Shown piece by piece: positions 18,647-28,108 of a DNA stretch of 32,000 bases. Below the pieces are notes generated by a model that worked only from the letters and a program-made list of their open reading frames with translations, searched no databases and was not told where the DNA came from. Both the position numbers and the translations under genes were made by a program. Source of the stretch: Patescibacteria group bacterium (lineage in GTDB: Bacteria; Patescibacteriota; Patescibacteriia; 2-01-FULL-39-33); the NCBI GenBank assembly GCA_041649575.1, contig JBAZMW010000004.1, forward strand, positions 1-32,000, written 5' to 3'. Positions within the stretch are counted from its first letter, which is position 1, and every line of letters starts with the position of its first letter.

Positions 18647-18850
18647 ATGGAAAATCTCTTAAATCCTTATTCTTGGATAATAGTAATTGGCGGAATTATA
18701 TTTTTCGGATTAGCTGTTTTTTTATGCTTGGCTGCCTATAATATCGATTCTGATTTTAGCAAATTCTTGGGCCGACTGAGCGTTTTCAACCTTTTAGCCG
18801 GGGCCTGCATCGCCGTAACCTTAATAATCAAGTCTTTCAACCTTTTTTAA
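18647..18850 (+). CDS. Small two-TM hypothetical protein
   Basis: 67 aa, hydrophobic. Confidence 0.5.
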   Translation: MENLLNPYSWIIVIGGIIFFGLAVFLCLAAYNIDSDFSKFLGRLSVFNLLAGACIAVTLIIKSFNLF

Positions 18851-18858
18851 AAAAACTT

Positions 18859-19083
18859 ATGAAAAAAATTATTATTATCCAGCTTTTGGTCTTATTGGCC
18901 GGCGCTCTGTTTGCCTGGTTTAACTTTTACAAAGAGCTGGCCGCCTGGCTGAACCAAACCGCCTGCACCTTCGGCTGCACCGGCAGCGAAAATCCTTTTA
19001 TCACTCCTTGTTTTTACGGCGCGCTTTTCTTCACTGTGGCTCTGATTTTAAGCATTTTTTTAACAAAGAAAAATAAGGCCTAA
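18859..19083 (+). CDS. Small membrane hypothetical protein
   Basis: 74 aa, two TM segments. Confidence 0.5.
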   Translation: MKKIIIIQLLVLLAGALFAWFNFYKELAAWLNQTACTFGCTGSENPFITPCFYGALFFTVALILSIFLTKKNKA

Positions 19084-19087
19084 ACAT

Positions 19088-19399
19088 ATGAAAACGCCTA
19101 TCACGCCGGATTATACTGTTTTACGGCCGCCGGAAGAATCGGAAAGCGAGCCCAGGCCCGATGAAAGAACTCTGGAAGAAGGCCGGGCCAGGGAAACCAT
19201 GAGAGACGGTCTCTACGCTCTGGCGATTTCTCCGGATATTAGTGAGCGGGAAAGAAAAATTCTGGATCCTTTCAAAATTAGCACGGCCTCTTTTGAGGAG
19301 CTAAAAGAAATAAAAGCGAGATTTGAGAGCTTAAAAAATATTACTCCCTTTCCCCAAAAACCAGAGGGAGACAGCCCTTCGCGAGAAAAAGCAGCTTAA
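19088..19399 (+). CDS. Hypothetical charged protein
   Basis: 103 aa; tight spacing to the preceding ORF and a terminator right after. Confidence 0.55.
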   Translation: MKTPITPDYTVLRPPEESESEPRPDERTLEEGRARETMRDGLYALAISPDISERERKILDPFKISTASFEELKEIKARFESLKNITPFPQKPEGDSPSREKAA

Positions 19400-19408
19400 T
19401 CGTTTAAA

Positions 19409-19445
19409 AACACAAAAAGCAAGAAAAAATCTTGCTTTTTGTGTT
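19409..19445. terminator. Strong terminator hairpin
   Basis: AACACAAAAAGCAAGA / TCTTGCTTTTTGTGTT. Confidence 0.85.
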
Positions 19446-19499
19446 CTAGTAAAACTTTCAAAAAACGCTGTCTTTTGCTATAATCAAAACAAGATCAAT

Positions 19500-21092
19500 A
19501 TGAGTAAAATAACCAATGAACTAGAGTGGCTGGTTGATATTTACGGCCACAATTACCAGAAGTCGGTTCCCGATGAGGTAGAAAAGATAAAGCTTAGCCA
19601 ATTAGTGTCTAAGCTTGGTTTTGTTTATGAAAAATTCAGAAACGCCATTGATTATAATGAAGAGCATTTGGTCAGACGCAATTCTTTAGAGCGGCTTCTT
19701 AAGCGACAAATTCTTTTTTTGCAGGAGAGGCGCCCGCAACAAATCAGCCAAACCTTGATTTATGAATTCATCCGCGCCGGCTACCTGCCAAACAACCAAT
19801 TGCCAGAGACGGTGATCGAGGAAGTGGCGACGATCATCATAAAGTATCTGGAAATTTTTAACTGCCTCCATGGCCAGCGGCTGGCCAACTACGGCAAACT
19901 GGCTGCCTGGCTGATCAGTCTGGCTGCCTGCGAAATAAACGAATACCTGGTGCCTCAAGAAAGAGAAACGGCCATGGTCAATTTCATGTATTCTCATTTG
20001 GTTGATAATCTGGCCTTTACAAAAACCAAAATCGAAGAAAAAGAAAAAAACCTGCAGATTTATCTGGCCACGCTAAGAACTTTTTCTAATGCCGATACCG
20101 TGGCCTTAAATTATGGTCTGCTCAAGCTTTATCTGCCCAATTGGCGGCAAGCGGACAAAAACGAAATTCAAAGTTTTTGCCAGAACATCAACATTATTAA
20201 AAATAAAATTGAGGCGCACATTAAACACTCAATTGGCTTCCAGCTCACTCGAACCGTTCGATCCCAGGCGGTATTTTTTACGGTCTTAAACCAATTAATG
20301 CAAAAAAATGCGGGACAATTAAAAGAAGTCCTGGATGACCCTAAAACCCTGGAAGAAAAAATCGAGGAAATAGCGCTGGCCAATTATCACCGTATCAGAA
20401 GTAAACTGATGGGCACTATTTTCAGAGTGATAATTTATATTTTTTTTACCAAAACGATTTTGGCCTTTATTTTAGAGCTGCCTTATGATTATTTATTTAT
20501 CAAACAAGTCGATTGGTATGCCTTGAGCGTTAATGTCTTGTTTCATCCGCTACTAATGTTTTTTCTGGCCATGACTATCCGCGTACCCGGAACAAAAAAC
20601 ACAAAAATCATCATTGAAGAGATAAAAAACATTGTCTATGGCACCGAAAGGAAAATCGGCTTCAAGGCCAAAAAATCTCTGAAACGCGGTTCCTTTAGCT
20701 ACTTCGTCTTCAACACTATTTATTTATTAATGTTTATTGTTTCTTTTGGTATCATTATAAAAATACTAAATCTGATACATTTTAATATAATCAGCGGCAT
20801 TCTTTTCGTTTTTTTCTTAACCATAGTCAGCTTCTTCGGATTCAGGCTGCGCAATTTGGCCAAACAGTTTTCGGTTTTGCCGCGCAAAGACAGCCTGTTT
20901 AATTTTTTGGTCGACTTTATTTCTCTGCCTATCATCAGAGTGGGACGGTTTTTCTCTACCAACTTTTCCAAAATCAACATTTTCTTGTTTATTTTAGATT
21001 TTATTATTGAAACGCCTTTCAAGTTACTGATAGAATTTTTGGAAAAAACGGTTTCTTTTATCAAGGAAAAGCGCGAAGAAATCGCGGAATAA
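19500..21092 (+). CDS. Large hypothetical membrane protein
   Basis: 530 aa, soluble N-terminal half then several TM segments; no family recognised. Confidence 0.8.
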   Translation: MSKITNELEWLVDIYGHNYQKSVPDEVEKIKLSQLVSKLGFVYEKFRNAIDYNEEHLVRRNSLERLLKRQILFLQERRPQQISQTLIYEFIRAGYLPNNQLPETVIEEVATIIIKYLEIFNCLHGQRLANYGKLAAWLISLAACEINEYLVPQERETAMVNFMYSHLVDNLAFTKTKIEEKEKNLQIYLATLRTFSNADTVALNYGLLKLYLPNWRQADKNEIQSFCQNINIIKNKIEAHIKHSIGFQLTRTVRSQAVFFTVLNQLMQKNAGQLKEVLDDPKTLEEKIEEIALANYHRIRSKLMGTIFRVIIYIFFTKTILAFILELPYDYLFIKQVDWYALSVNVLFHPLLMFFLAMTIRVPGTKNTKIIIEEIKNIVYGTERKIGFKAKKSLKRGSFSYFVFNTIYLLMFIVSFGIIIKILNLIHFNIISGILFVFFLTIVSFFGFRLRNLAKQFSVLPRKDSLFNFLVDFISLPIIRVGRFFSTNFSKINIFLFILDFIIETPFKLLIEFLEKTVSFIKEKREEIAE

Positions 21093-21182
21093 GAAAGACG
21101 TGTCACCGCTATCCCTCTTGACAGGGATTTTAAACTAAGATATAATTAGATATATATCTAATTATCTAAATTTATTAACTAT

Positions 21183-21455
21183 ATGCCTCTTTCCCAAACC
21201 TTCGCCGCTCTGGCCGACCCTAACCGCCAAAAAATCCTGGATTTACTCAAAAAACAGGAGCTGGCTGTCTCGGAAATCGGCGAGCACTTAAATATAACTC
21301 TGGCCACCCTTTCCCACCACTTGGACGTCCTCAAAAGGGCCAACCTAATCAGTGGCCGGCGCGAAGGCCAGCAGATTATTTATTCTCTGAACCTAAGTGT
21401 TTTTGAGGAGGTGACTGAAAAAATCATTAAATTTTTAAAAATAAAACATAAATAA
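21183..21455 (+). CDS. ArsR-family winged-helix repressor (SdpR-like)
   Basis: 90 aa; FAALADPNRQKILDLLKKQELAVSEIGEHLNITLATLSHHLDVLKRANLISGRREGQQIIYSL. Confidence 0.92.
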   Translation: MPLSQTFAALADPNRQKILDLLKKQELAVSEIGEHLNITLATLSHHLDVLKRANLISGRREGQQIIYSLNLSVFEEVTEKIIKFLKIKHK

Positions 21456-21460
21456 AAAAT

Positions 21461-22123
21461 ATGAGCAGTCCTATTAAACCAAATTTAAAAACCGAGTGGT
21501 TTCCTGTTTTGCTTTTGGCGATAGCTGTTGTTTTGTCTTGCCTCTTTCACCCGCTACTACCAGAAAGAGTGGCTAGCCACTGGAATTTTTCTGGACAGGT
21601 TGATGGCTGGAGTTCAAAAAATTTCCATACTTTTTTCTTTCCCCTGCTGCTTATAGGCATGTACATTTTATTTTTGGTCCTGCCCTATCTTGATCCCAAA
21701 AGAGAACGCTACCAAGAGTTTTTGCCGATTTATAAAATATTCAGAAACCTAATTTTACTGGTTTTGCTGGTAATCTATCTGGCCGCCAGTTTGTACAACA
21801 TCGGTTGGCCGATTAATATCGGCGTTGTTGTGGCGCTGGCCATAGGAATATTGATGATCGTCTTGGGCAACTATCTGGGTAAAATAAAAAATAATTGGTT
21901 TCTGGGGATACGAACGCCCTGGACATTGTCTTCGGAAAATGTCTGGAACAAAACGCACCGCCTGGGCGGCTGGCTGTTTATGCTGTTTGGGCTGATAATA
22001 ATTGTCGCGCCCTGGCTGCCAGAGATTGTGGCAACAGTCGCCTTTGTTTTTGGTATTGCCTTGTTGCTTATCGGCACCACGGTCTATTCTTACTGGCTTT
22101 ACAGAAAAGAGCGAAAAAAATAA
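21461..22123 (+). CDS. SdpI/DUF1648 family integral membrane protein
   Basis: 220 aa; HPLLPERVASHWNFSGQVDGWSSK, NNWFLGIRTPWTLSSENVWNKTHRLGG. Confidence 0.92.
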   Translation: MSSPIKPNLKTEWFPVLLLAIAVVLSCLFHPLLPERVASHWNFSGQVDGWSSKNFHTFFFPLLLIGMYILFLVLPYLDPKRERYQEFLPIYKIFRNLILLVLLVIYLAASLYNIGWPINIGVVVALAIGILMIVLGNYLGKIKNNWFLGIRTPWTLSSENVWNKTHRLGGWLFMLFGLIIIVAPWLPEIVATVAFVFGIALLLIGTTVYSYWLYRKERKK

Positions 22124-22130
22124 TAAGCCA

Positions 22131-22166
22131 AACAAAACCCTTCCAGTTAATTGGAAGGGTTTTGTT
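22131..22166. terminator. Bidirectional terminator
   Basis: AACAAAACCCTTCCA (22131-22145) / TGGAAGGGTTTTGTT (22152-22166), T-run following. Confidence 0.9.
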
Positions 22167-22174
22167 TTTAAAAA

Positions 22175-23392
22175 CTACTTTTTGACGACTTTAGCAAAAA
22201 ACTTTTTTCCTTTTTGTAGTAATAGACCGCTGCCTGACACTTCTAGTTGCATTTTTTCATTGCGCACCAATTGATCATCAACCCTTAAAGCGCCCTCTTT
22301 GATCAACCGGCGAACTTCGGCATTGCTCTTGGCCAAACCAGCCTTAACAAACAGATCTAAGACACCGATTTTGCCATCTTTGTCTTCGATTAGTACTTCT
22401 GATATTTCCAGCGGCTTTTGCTTATCTTGAAAAACCCGCTTGAAATATTGTTCCCCCTCTTTAGCTTTTTTATCGCCCTGATAAACCCGTACCACCTCGT
22501 AAGCCAATTGCATTTTAAGGTCACGGGGATTGACCTTGCCTAAAGACAACTGATCTTTTACTTCTAAAATTGTTTCTTCTGAGACATCGGTTAAAATCTC
22601 AAAGGCCGGAATAATCATCTCATCGGGCCAACTCATTACTTTGCTATACATTTCCTCGGGTGTGTCAATGAGAGGAATCATATTACCTTCAGATTTGCCC
22701 ATTTTTTTACCAGTTGGATCCTCTAGCAATCTAGTGGTCAAAACAAATTTTTCCTTGTTTTTCATTTTTTTCATCAAAGTCCGCCCAGCCAGCATATTAA
22801 ACATCTGGTCATTACCACCAATTTCTAAATCTACATCCAGAGCCACGCTATCATAGGCCTGCATTACGGGGTATAAAAATTCATGAAAATACAAATCCTT
22901 TCCCGAATCAATCCTTTCTTTGAACATACTCCTAGCTAAAGTCTGTTGAGCAGTAAAATAAGAAGCGAGCTTAATGGTATCGGCAAAATTAAGTTTACTC
23001 AGCCATTTCGAATTATATTCAAATCTAATTTTTTTAATATCAATCAAATCCTTAATTTGGCCTTTCCACCCTTTTAGATTCTCCAAAACTTGTTTTTTGG
23101 TTAATTGTTTTCTGGTGGCTGATTTATCTGTCGGATCTCCAATCTGGCCGGTAAAATCGCCAAACAAAAAAATCACCTCGTGACCCAGCTGTAAAAATTG
23201 AGCCAATTTGCGAATGGTAATACCATGGCCGATATGTAAAGTAGCTGCCGTCGGATCATAACCACAATAAAGCCTGATTCGTTTTCCAGACAGCAAGAGT
23301 TTTTTAAGCGACTCCTTGTCGGGGTAGATATTTTCTACTCCGCGAGTAAGTAAATGCTCGATTTGTTTTTCGTCGGTGACGATTTTTGACAT
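22175..23392 (-). CDS. tyrS: Tyrosyl-tRNA synthetase
   Basis: 405 aa; CGYDPTAATLHIGHG, GGNDQMFNMLAGR, KKMGKSEGN, C-terminal S4 domain. Confidence 0.95.
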   Translation of the reverse strand: MSKIVTDEKQIEHLLTRGVENIYPDKESLKKLLLSGKRIRLYCGYDPTAATLHIGHGITIRKLAQFLQLGHEVIFLFGDFTGQIGDPTDKSATRKQLTKKQVLENLKGWKGQIKDLIDIKKIRFEYNSKWLSKLNFADTIKLASYFTAQQTLARSMFKERIDSGKDLYFHEFLYPVMQAYDSVALDVDLEIGGNDQMFNMLAGRTLMKKMKNKEKFVLTTRLLEDPTGKKMGKSEGNMIPLIDTPEEMYSKVMSWPDEMIIPAFEILTDVSEETILEVKDQLSLGKVNPRDLKMQLAYEVVRVYQGDKKAKEGEQYFKRVFQDKQKPLEISEVLIEDKDGKIGVLDLFVKAGLAKSNAEVRRLIKEGALRVDDQLVRNEKMQLEVSGSGLLLQKGKKFFAKVVKK

Positions 23393-23418
23393 CTATTTTA
23401 GATTATTGTCTTTTTTGG

Positions 23419-23444
23419 GACAGAGGATGGCAGTCTCCTCTGTC
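23419..23444. repeat. Perfect 9-bp inverted repeat at the 3' end of the 23447 ORF
   Basis: GACAGAGGA / TCCTCTGTC, 8-nt loop; no T-run on the expected side. Confidence 0.6.
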
Positions 23445-23446
23445 GG

Positions 23447-23731
23447 TTAATGGCGGTGACCATTCTCATTTCTTCTTTCGCGAAAATTGGGCTGTTTTCT
23501 CTTGGCAGTCCGGCCTTGGACTAGATCGCGCAAGGAGCCGGCGATAGGCGAGATGAAAGAAGCGCCTAAGCCGACGACCACGACAGAAAACGTAAACCTC
23601 AAGACCTTGTCGCAGTCTAACTTCAGCCAGATGAGCCCAACCAAGAGCAGCGCTACAACCCAAAGAACGGTTTCTAGCAGGAAGAGCTTCCGCCATTTCT
23701 GCAACGACCTCGCTACTATTCTAAGGTTCAT
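23447..23731 (-). CDS. Small two-TM hypothetical protein
   Basis: 94 aa; AGGAGGG Shine-Dalgarno 7 nt before the ATG. Confidence 0.6.
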   Translation of the reverse strand: MNLRIVARSLQKWRKLFLLETVLWVVALLLVGLIWLKLDCDKVLRFTFSVVVVGLGASFISPIAGSLRDLVQGRTAKRKQPNFRERRNENGHRH

Positions 23732-23761
23732 GTGAGAACCCTCCTCTTATCAAATAGTGCT

Positions 23762-26416
23762 CTATTTCAAACTCTGCAAATTATCTTTTAATTTTAACAC
23801 TTTTTCCTGGGCCATGGCCAGTTTTTCCTTTTCCCCGTCTACCACTATTTTAGGAGCGTGGCTAATAAACTCCTGGCCAGCCAACTTAACCTCTAAATTT
23901 TTTATATATTTTTCTAACTCGCCAATCTCCTTATTTAAACGCTCTTGTTCTGCTACCCTATTAATTGTAACCGATAAATCCAAATATATCTGTGCCTGGT
24001 TGGTTACGGCACCAAGACTACTAGCTGGCTTCTGGCTGATGTTGTCGGTGACAGTCAAAGATTCTAGACGAGCCAGACGCTTGATAATAACCGCTTGCGA
24101 CTCGAGCAATTCTTTTTGCCCACTGATAATTACCGCTTTCAATAATTTAGCTGGCTCAATTTTGTTTTCACTGCGTAAATTTCTAATGGAAGTGATGATC
24201 TGTTTTATTAATTCAAAATCTTTATTCTTGGCCGGCCCGGCTTTAACCGCGGGCCAAGTTTCGACCATCAATAAACCGCTGTCAAAATTATGCCAAAGCT
24301 CTTCGGTAATAAAGGGGCAGAAAGGATGCCAGAGCCGCAAAATATTTTGCAAGACATAAAGCAGAATTTCATCCTTATCACCCTCGATTTTGGCAATCTC
24401 CAAATACCAATCGGCAAAACAATCCCAGGTAAATTCCTGCAGTTTTTCCGCAGCTAAAGAAAACTCATATTTATCCATCAAATGCTCAATTAAATGAGTT
24501 GTCGCCTCCAGTTCTTGCAAAATCCAATGGTCGGACAAGGTCTGGGCGGTTGGCTTGGCCGTAATTATTTTAATGTCATCGACTGACTGCAAAATAAACC
24601 GAGAAATATTCCAAAGCTTATTAATAAAATTCCTGGCGCCAGCCACTTTCTCCTCGAAAAATCTCATATCATTACCCGGGGTCGTGCCTTTAAGTAAGCT
24701 AAGCCGCAGGGCATCGGTGCCGTATTTTTCTATAATCTCCAACGGGTCCAGCCCATTACCGGCCGATTTAGAAAACTTTTTGCCATTTTTGTCACGTAAC
24801 ATGCCATGAATATAGACCTCCTTGAATGGGATATCGTCTAAAGCATAGGCGGACAAGAGAATCATCCGCGCCATCCAAAAAAATAAAATTTCATAACCCA
24901 TCTGCATCCAGGAGGTAGGGTGAAATTTTTTTAGGTCCGCTGTCTGGTCGGGCCAGCCAAGGGTCGAGAAAGTCCAGGCGCCAGAGGAAAACCAGGTATC
25001 TAGGGTATCTTCGTCTTGTCTGATATTTTTACTCTGACATTTTGGACATTTTAACGGACTACCTTCGCTAAAAAATATTTCTTGGCAATCATCACAATAC
25101 CAAACTGGTAAACGATGGCCCCACCAAATCTGACGTGAAATACACCAATCACGCAAATTATCAATCCAATGCAAATAAATACTTTGAAATCGGTTAGGTG
25201 TAATTTTGATAATTTTATCCTGATCGCCGCTGTGGCCCGTAGTAACCGCTTCACGCATTAAATCTTTCAAGCTCTGGTCGCGGCCAGTAATTTTTTTATT
25301 AACATCAACAAACCACTGATCCATCGGCAGGGCTTCGACAACATCTTTGAAACGATCGGAGGTACCGACGTTATGTTCGATTTCTTCTTCACCAACATAA
25401 AGGCCATTATCTTTAAGCCAGTTAACAAATTTATCCCGCGCCTCCAAAACCGTTAAACCCTCATAACCCGGACCAGCGGCCTTAAGCATCCGGCCATCAC
25501 GGCCAATGACCGGTGTAATACCGATATCTTTGTTATTCTGATACATTTCAAAATCGATCTGGCTGTGAGCCGGTGTCACACCCACGGCGCCAGTGCCATA
25601 ATTCATGTCAACATTCTTATCGCCAATGACAGTGATTGTCAGCGGCCGCTCGGCACCGACATCGACTGTGAATTTCTGGCCAATAAATTTTTGGTATTTC
25701 CCATCATCGGGATGAACCGCTACCGCAGTGTCCCCCAGCTTGGTTTCTGGACGAGTGGTGGCAATGGTAATGGGAAAATCCTTGGAATATCTAAAAGTAT
25801 AGACCCTCGTCTTTTTTGTTTCATAAACCAGCTCGTCATCGGAACAAGTGCTTTGTCCCTTGACCGACCAGTTGACCACCCGATAACCGCGATAAATCAA
25901 GCCATCATCAAACATCATCTTAAAAAGCTTATTAACAGCAGCCGACCTCTTATCGTCAAAAGTATAGGCCAAACGCGACCAGTCGCAAGAAGTGCCCATT
26001 TTTTTGATTTGACCAATGATGATGCTTTTGTGATTCTCTGCGAATTCGCGAATTCGCTTCAACAGTTCTTCACGTCCTAACTCTTGACGCGGATTGGTAA
26101 TGCCCTGTTTTTTCAGCTCGTCTTCGACCCTGGCTTGAGTGGCCACGGCGGCATGATCCGTGCCGGGAACTATTAAGGCGCGTTTGCCTTTCATCCGCTG
26201 ATAACGAATCTCGATATCCATTAGAGAATTTTCAAAAGCGTGACCCAAGTGTAAAATACCCGTGACGTTGGGCGGCGGCATGGAAATAACAAAAACCTCG
26301 GGACGATCACCCGGCAATTTGTCAGGATCAAAAAAACCGGAAGCTTCCCATTTTTGATAAATCTGGTCTTCGACTGTTGCGGCTTCGTAAGTTTTAGGTA
26401 ATTCGATTTTGGCCAT
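23762..26416 (-). CDS. valS: Valyl-tRNA synthetase
   Basis: 884 aa; PPPNVTGILHLGHAF, DTWFSSGAWTFSTLGWP, KKFSKSAGNGLDPLEIIEKYGTDALR. Confidence 0.97.
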   Translation of the reverse strand: MAKIELPKTYEAATVEDQIYQKWEASGFFDPDKLPGDRPEVFVISMPPPNVTGILHLGHAFENSLMDIEIRYQRMKGKRALIVPGTDHAAVATQARVEDELKKQGITNPRQELGREELLKRIREFAENHKSIIIGQIKKMGTSCDWSRLAYTFDDKRSAAVNKLFKMMFDDGLIYRGYRVVNWSVKGQSTCSDDELVYETKKTRVYTFRYSKDFPITIATTRPETKLGDTAVAVHPDDGKYQKFIGQKFTVDVGAERPLTITVIGDKNVDMNYGTGAVGVTPAHSQIDFEMYQNNKDIGITPVIGRDGRMLKAAGPGYEGLTVLEARDKFVNWLKDNGLYVGEEEIEHNVGTSDRFKDVVEALPMDQWFVDVNKKITGRDQSLKDLMREAVTTGHSGDQDKIIKITPNRFQSIYLHWIDNLRDWCISRQIWWGHRLPVWYCDDCQEIFFSEGSPLKCPKCQSKNIRQDEDTLDTWFSSGAWTFSTLGWPDQTADLKKFHPTSWMQMGYEILFFWMARMILLSAYALDDIPFKEVYIHGMLRDKNGKKFSKSAGNGLDPLEIIEKYGTDALRLSLLKGTTPGNDMRFFEEKVAGARNFINKLWNISRFILQSVDDIKIITAKPTAQTLSDHWILQELEATTHLIEHLMDKYEFSLAAEKLQEFTWDCFADWYLEIAKIEGDKDEILLYVLQNILRLWHPFCPFITEELWHNFDSGLLMVETWPAVKAGPAKNKDFELIKQIITSIRNLRSENKIEPAKLLKAVIISGQKELLESQAVIIKRLARLESLTVTDNISQKPASSLGAVTNQAQIYLDLSVTINRVAEQERLNKEIGELEKYIKNLEVKLAGQEFISHAPKIVVDGEKEKLAMAQEKVLKLKDNLQSLK

Positions 26417-26497
26417 GGAGATAAAGCTTTTGGAATGGTTTTATTTTACTTAATTTAACTTAATTTTTCAAGTTTTAAAAGCCCTGTCCGGCGTTTA

Positions 26498-27697
26498 TTG
26501 ACAATAAATGAAAATTTGGCTAAGATTAAATATTCAGTTAAATTATTATCCAAAACACTTATGGCTCTTTCGGAGCTCCAGCAGACGCAGGAACTGATCA
26601 GAAAAAACAAATCAATACTGATAATCTTCAAAAAAGACTGGTCGGGCGATGCCGCAGCCAGCTCCTTGGCTTTGGCGGAAACCCTAAGAAAACTGGATAA
26701 AGCGGTGGAAATCGTCTGTCAGGATTTTAAGCCGACAACCAGCCTTAATTTTTTGCCGTTGTCACAAATTAAAAACAGCCTGATCAATCTGCAAAAATTT
26801 ATCATCAGTATTAACACTTCGCAAACCCAGGTGGGTGAATTTTATTATGACCACCAGGAAAACCGCCTGAACATCTACTTAACGCCGCAGAACGGCCAAC
26901 TGGAAGCCAAGGACGTCACCACTGCCATTTCCGATTATAAATATGATCTAATTTTTATCATTAATTCTCCGGACCTGGCTTCTTTAGGCGAGGCCTATGA
27001 AAGGCAGCCGGATTTCTTCTTCAATACTCCTAAAATAAATCTGGATCATTCCAACCGCAACGAATATTTTGGCGACGTCAATTTGGTCAATATCACTTCG
27101 GCCGCCAGCGCTGAAATAGCCTACGAGCTGATAAAAAGTCTGGGCGACAAGCTGATTGACGATAATATTGCCACCTATCTATTGGCGGGAATTATTTTTT
27201 CTACCAAAAATTTCAAAGTTTCCAATCTCACTCCCAAAACCTTAAGCATTGCCAGCTTGCTGGTACACTATGGGGCGCGGCGAGAACAAATCATCCAAGC
27301 CATTTACCAAAATAAATTTTTATCGACCCTGAAGCTCTGGGGCCGAGTTTTATCAAGACTCAACAACGACTTAGACGATCGCCTGGTGTGGTCGAGCTTG
27401 TCGGTTCAGGACTTTCTGGAGACTGCCACTACGCCCGAGGAGATTTTAGACGTGGTGGAAGAGCTGATTGTCTCCATGCCCAAAACGGATGTGGTGGTGC
27501 TCTTGCACGAGGGCCGGGACATAAACAAAAAAGAGGTCTGCTGTTTGGTTTACGCTGTCAAAAACGGCAATGCCCTCTTTCTTAGTAAAAGATTCGAGCC
27601 CAGCGGTAACAGTGAGATTGCTAAATTCTCTTTAAACAACCTTTCCTTGGCCGAAGCCGAGAGGCTGGTAATCGGTGAGATAAAAAGCAAGCTGTAA
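26498..27697 (+). CDS. DHH-family phosphoesterase (nanoRNase/pAp phosphatase-like)
   Basis: 399 aa; SALALAETLRKLDKAVEIVCQDF, LDHSNRNEYFGDVN, YLLAGIIFSTKNF. Confidence 0.8.
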   Translation: MTINENLAKIKYSVKLLSKTLMALSELQQTQELIRKNKSILIIFKKDWSGDAAASSLALAETLRKLDKAVEIVCQDFKPTTSLNFLPLSQIKNSLINLQKFIISINTSQTQVGEFYYDHQENRLNIYLTPQNGQLEAKDVTTAISDYKYDLIFIINSPDLASLGEAYERQPDFFFNTPKINLDHSNRNEYFGDVNLVNITSAASAEIAYELIKSLGDKLIDDNIATYLLAGIIFSTKNFKVSNLTPKTLSIASLLVHYGARREQIIQAIYQNKFLSTLKLWGRVLSRLNNDLDDRLVWSSLSVQDFLETATTPEEILDVVEELIVSMPKTDVVVLLHEGRDINKKEVCCLVYAVKNGNALFLSKRFEPSGNSEIAKFSLNNLSLAEAERLVIGEIKSKL

Positions 27698-27766
27698 GCT
27701 AATCTTGAAAATTCGAAAAAAATAGGTTATATTAATAACACTGTTTATTAAAAATCGCTAGATAAG

Positions 27767-27839
27767 GGCCAGTAGCTCAGGGGTTAGAGCACCGCTCTTA
27801 TAAAGCGGGGGTCGGTGGTTCAAATCCACCCTGGCCTAC
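27767..27839 (+). tRNA. tRNA-Ile(UAU)
   Basis: GGGCCAG/CTGGCCT acceptor, CCGCT-CTTATAA-AGCGG anticodon arm (anticodon TAT), T-arm GGTGGTTCAAATCCACC. Confidence 0.88.
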
Positions 27840-27842
27840 AAA
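27822..27842 (+). repeat. attL-like copy of 21-bp direct repeat CAAATCCACCCTGGCCTACAA
   Basis: Identical to 28002-28022. Confidence 0.85.
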
Positions 27843-27898
27843 AACAAATTGGAATTAAAAGTTAATTGTTTTTAAAAAAGTAAAGACTGACATTAAAG

Positions 27899-28010
27899 TG
27901 GATTTGAAGGGCAGTAATGAGCCAAATCCCGCCACCGGCGGGATGAAGGCGAGACGCCCGCCAAATCCGAGCAAGCGCAGGATTTGGCGCTGCCCCGGAC
28001 CCAAATCCAC
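27899..28010 (+). repeat. Nested palindromic element next to tRNA-Ile
   Basis: GTGGATTTG/CAAATCCAC (27899-27907/28002-28010), GGGCAG/CTGCCC (27909-27914/27990-27995), GCCAAATCC/GGATTTGGC (27921-27929/27980-27988). Confidence 0.8.
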
Positions 28011-28022
28011 CCTGGCCTACAA
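28002..28022 (+). repeat. attR-like second copy of the 3' end of tRNA-Ile
   Basis: Exact 21-nt duplicate of 27822-27842. Confidence 0.85.
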
Positions 28023-28028
28023 GAATGA

Positions 28029-28102
28029 GGACGGCTAGCTCAGTTGGTTAGAGCACTATCTTGACGTGATAGGGGTCAGAGGTTCGAATCCTCTGCCGTC
28101 CA
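28029..28102 (+). tRNA. tRNA-Val(GAC)
   Basis: GGACGGC/GCCGTCC acceptor, CTATC-TTGACGT-GATAG anticodon arm, T-arm AGAGGTTCGAATCCTCT. Confidence 0.93.
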
Positions 28103-28108
28103 TAACTT

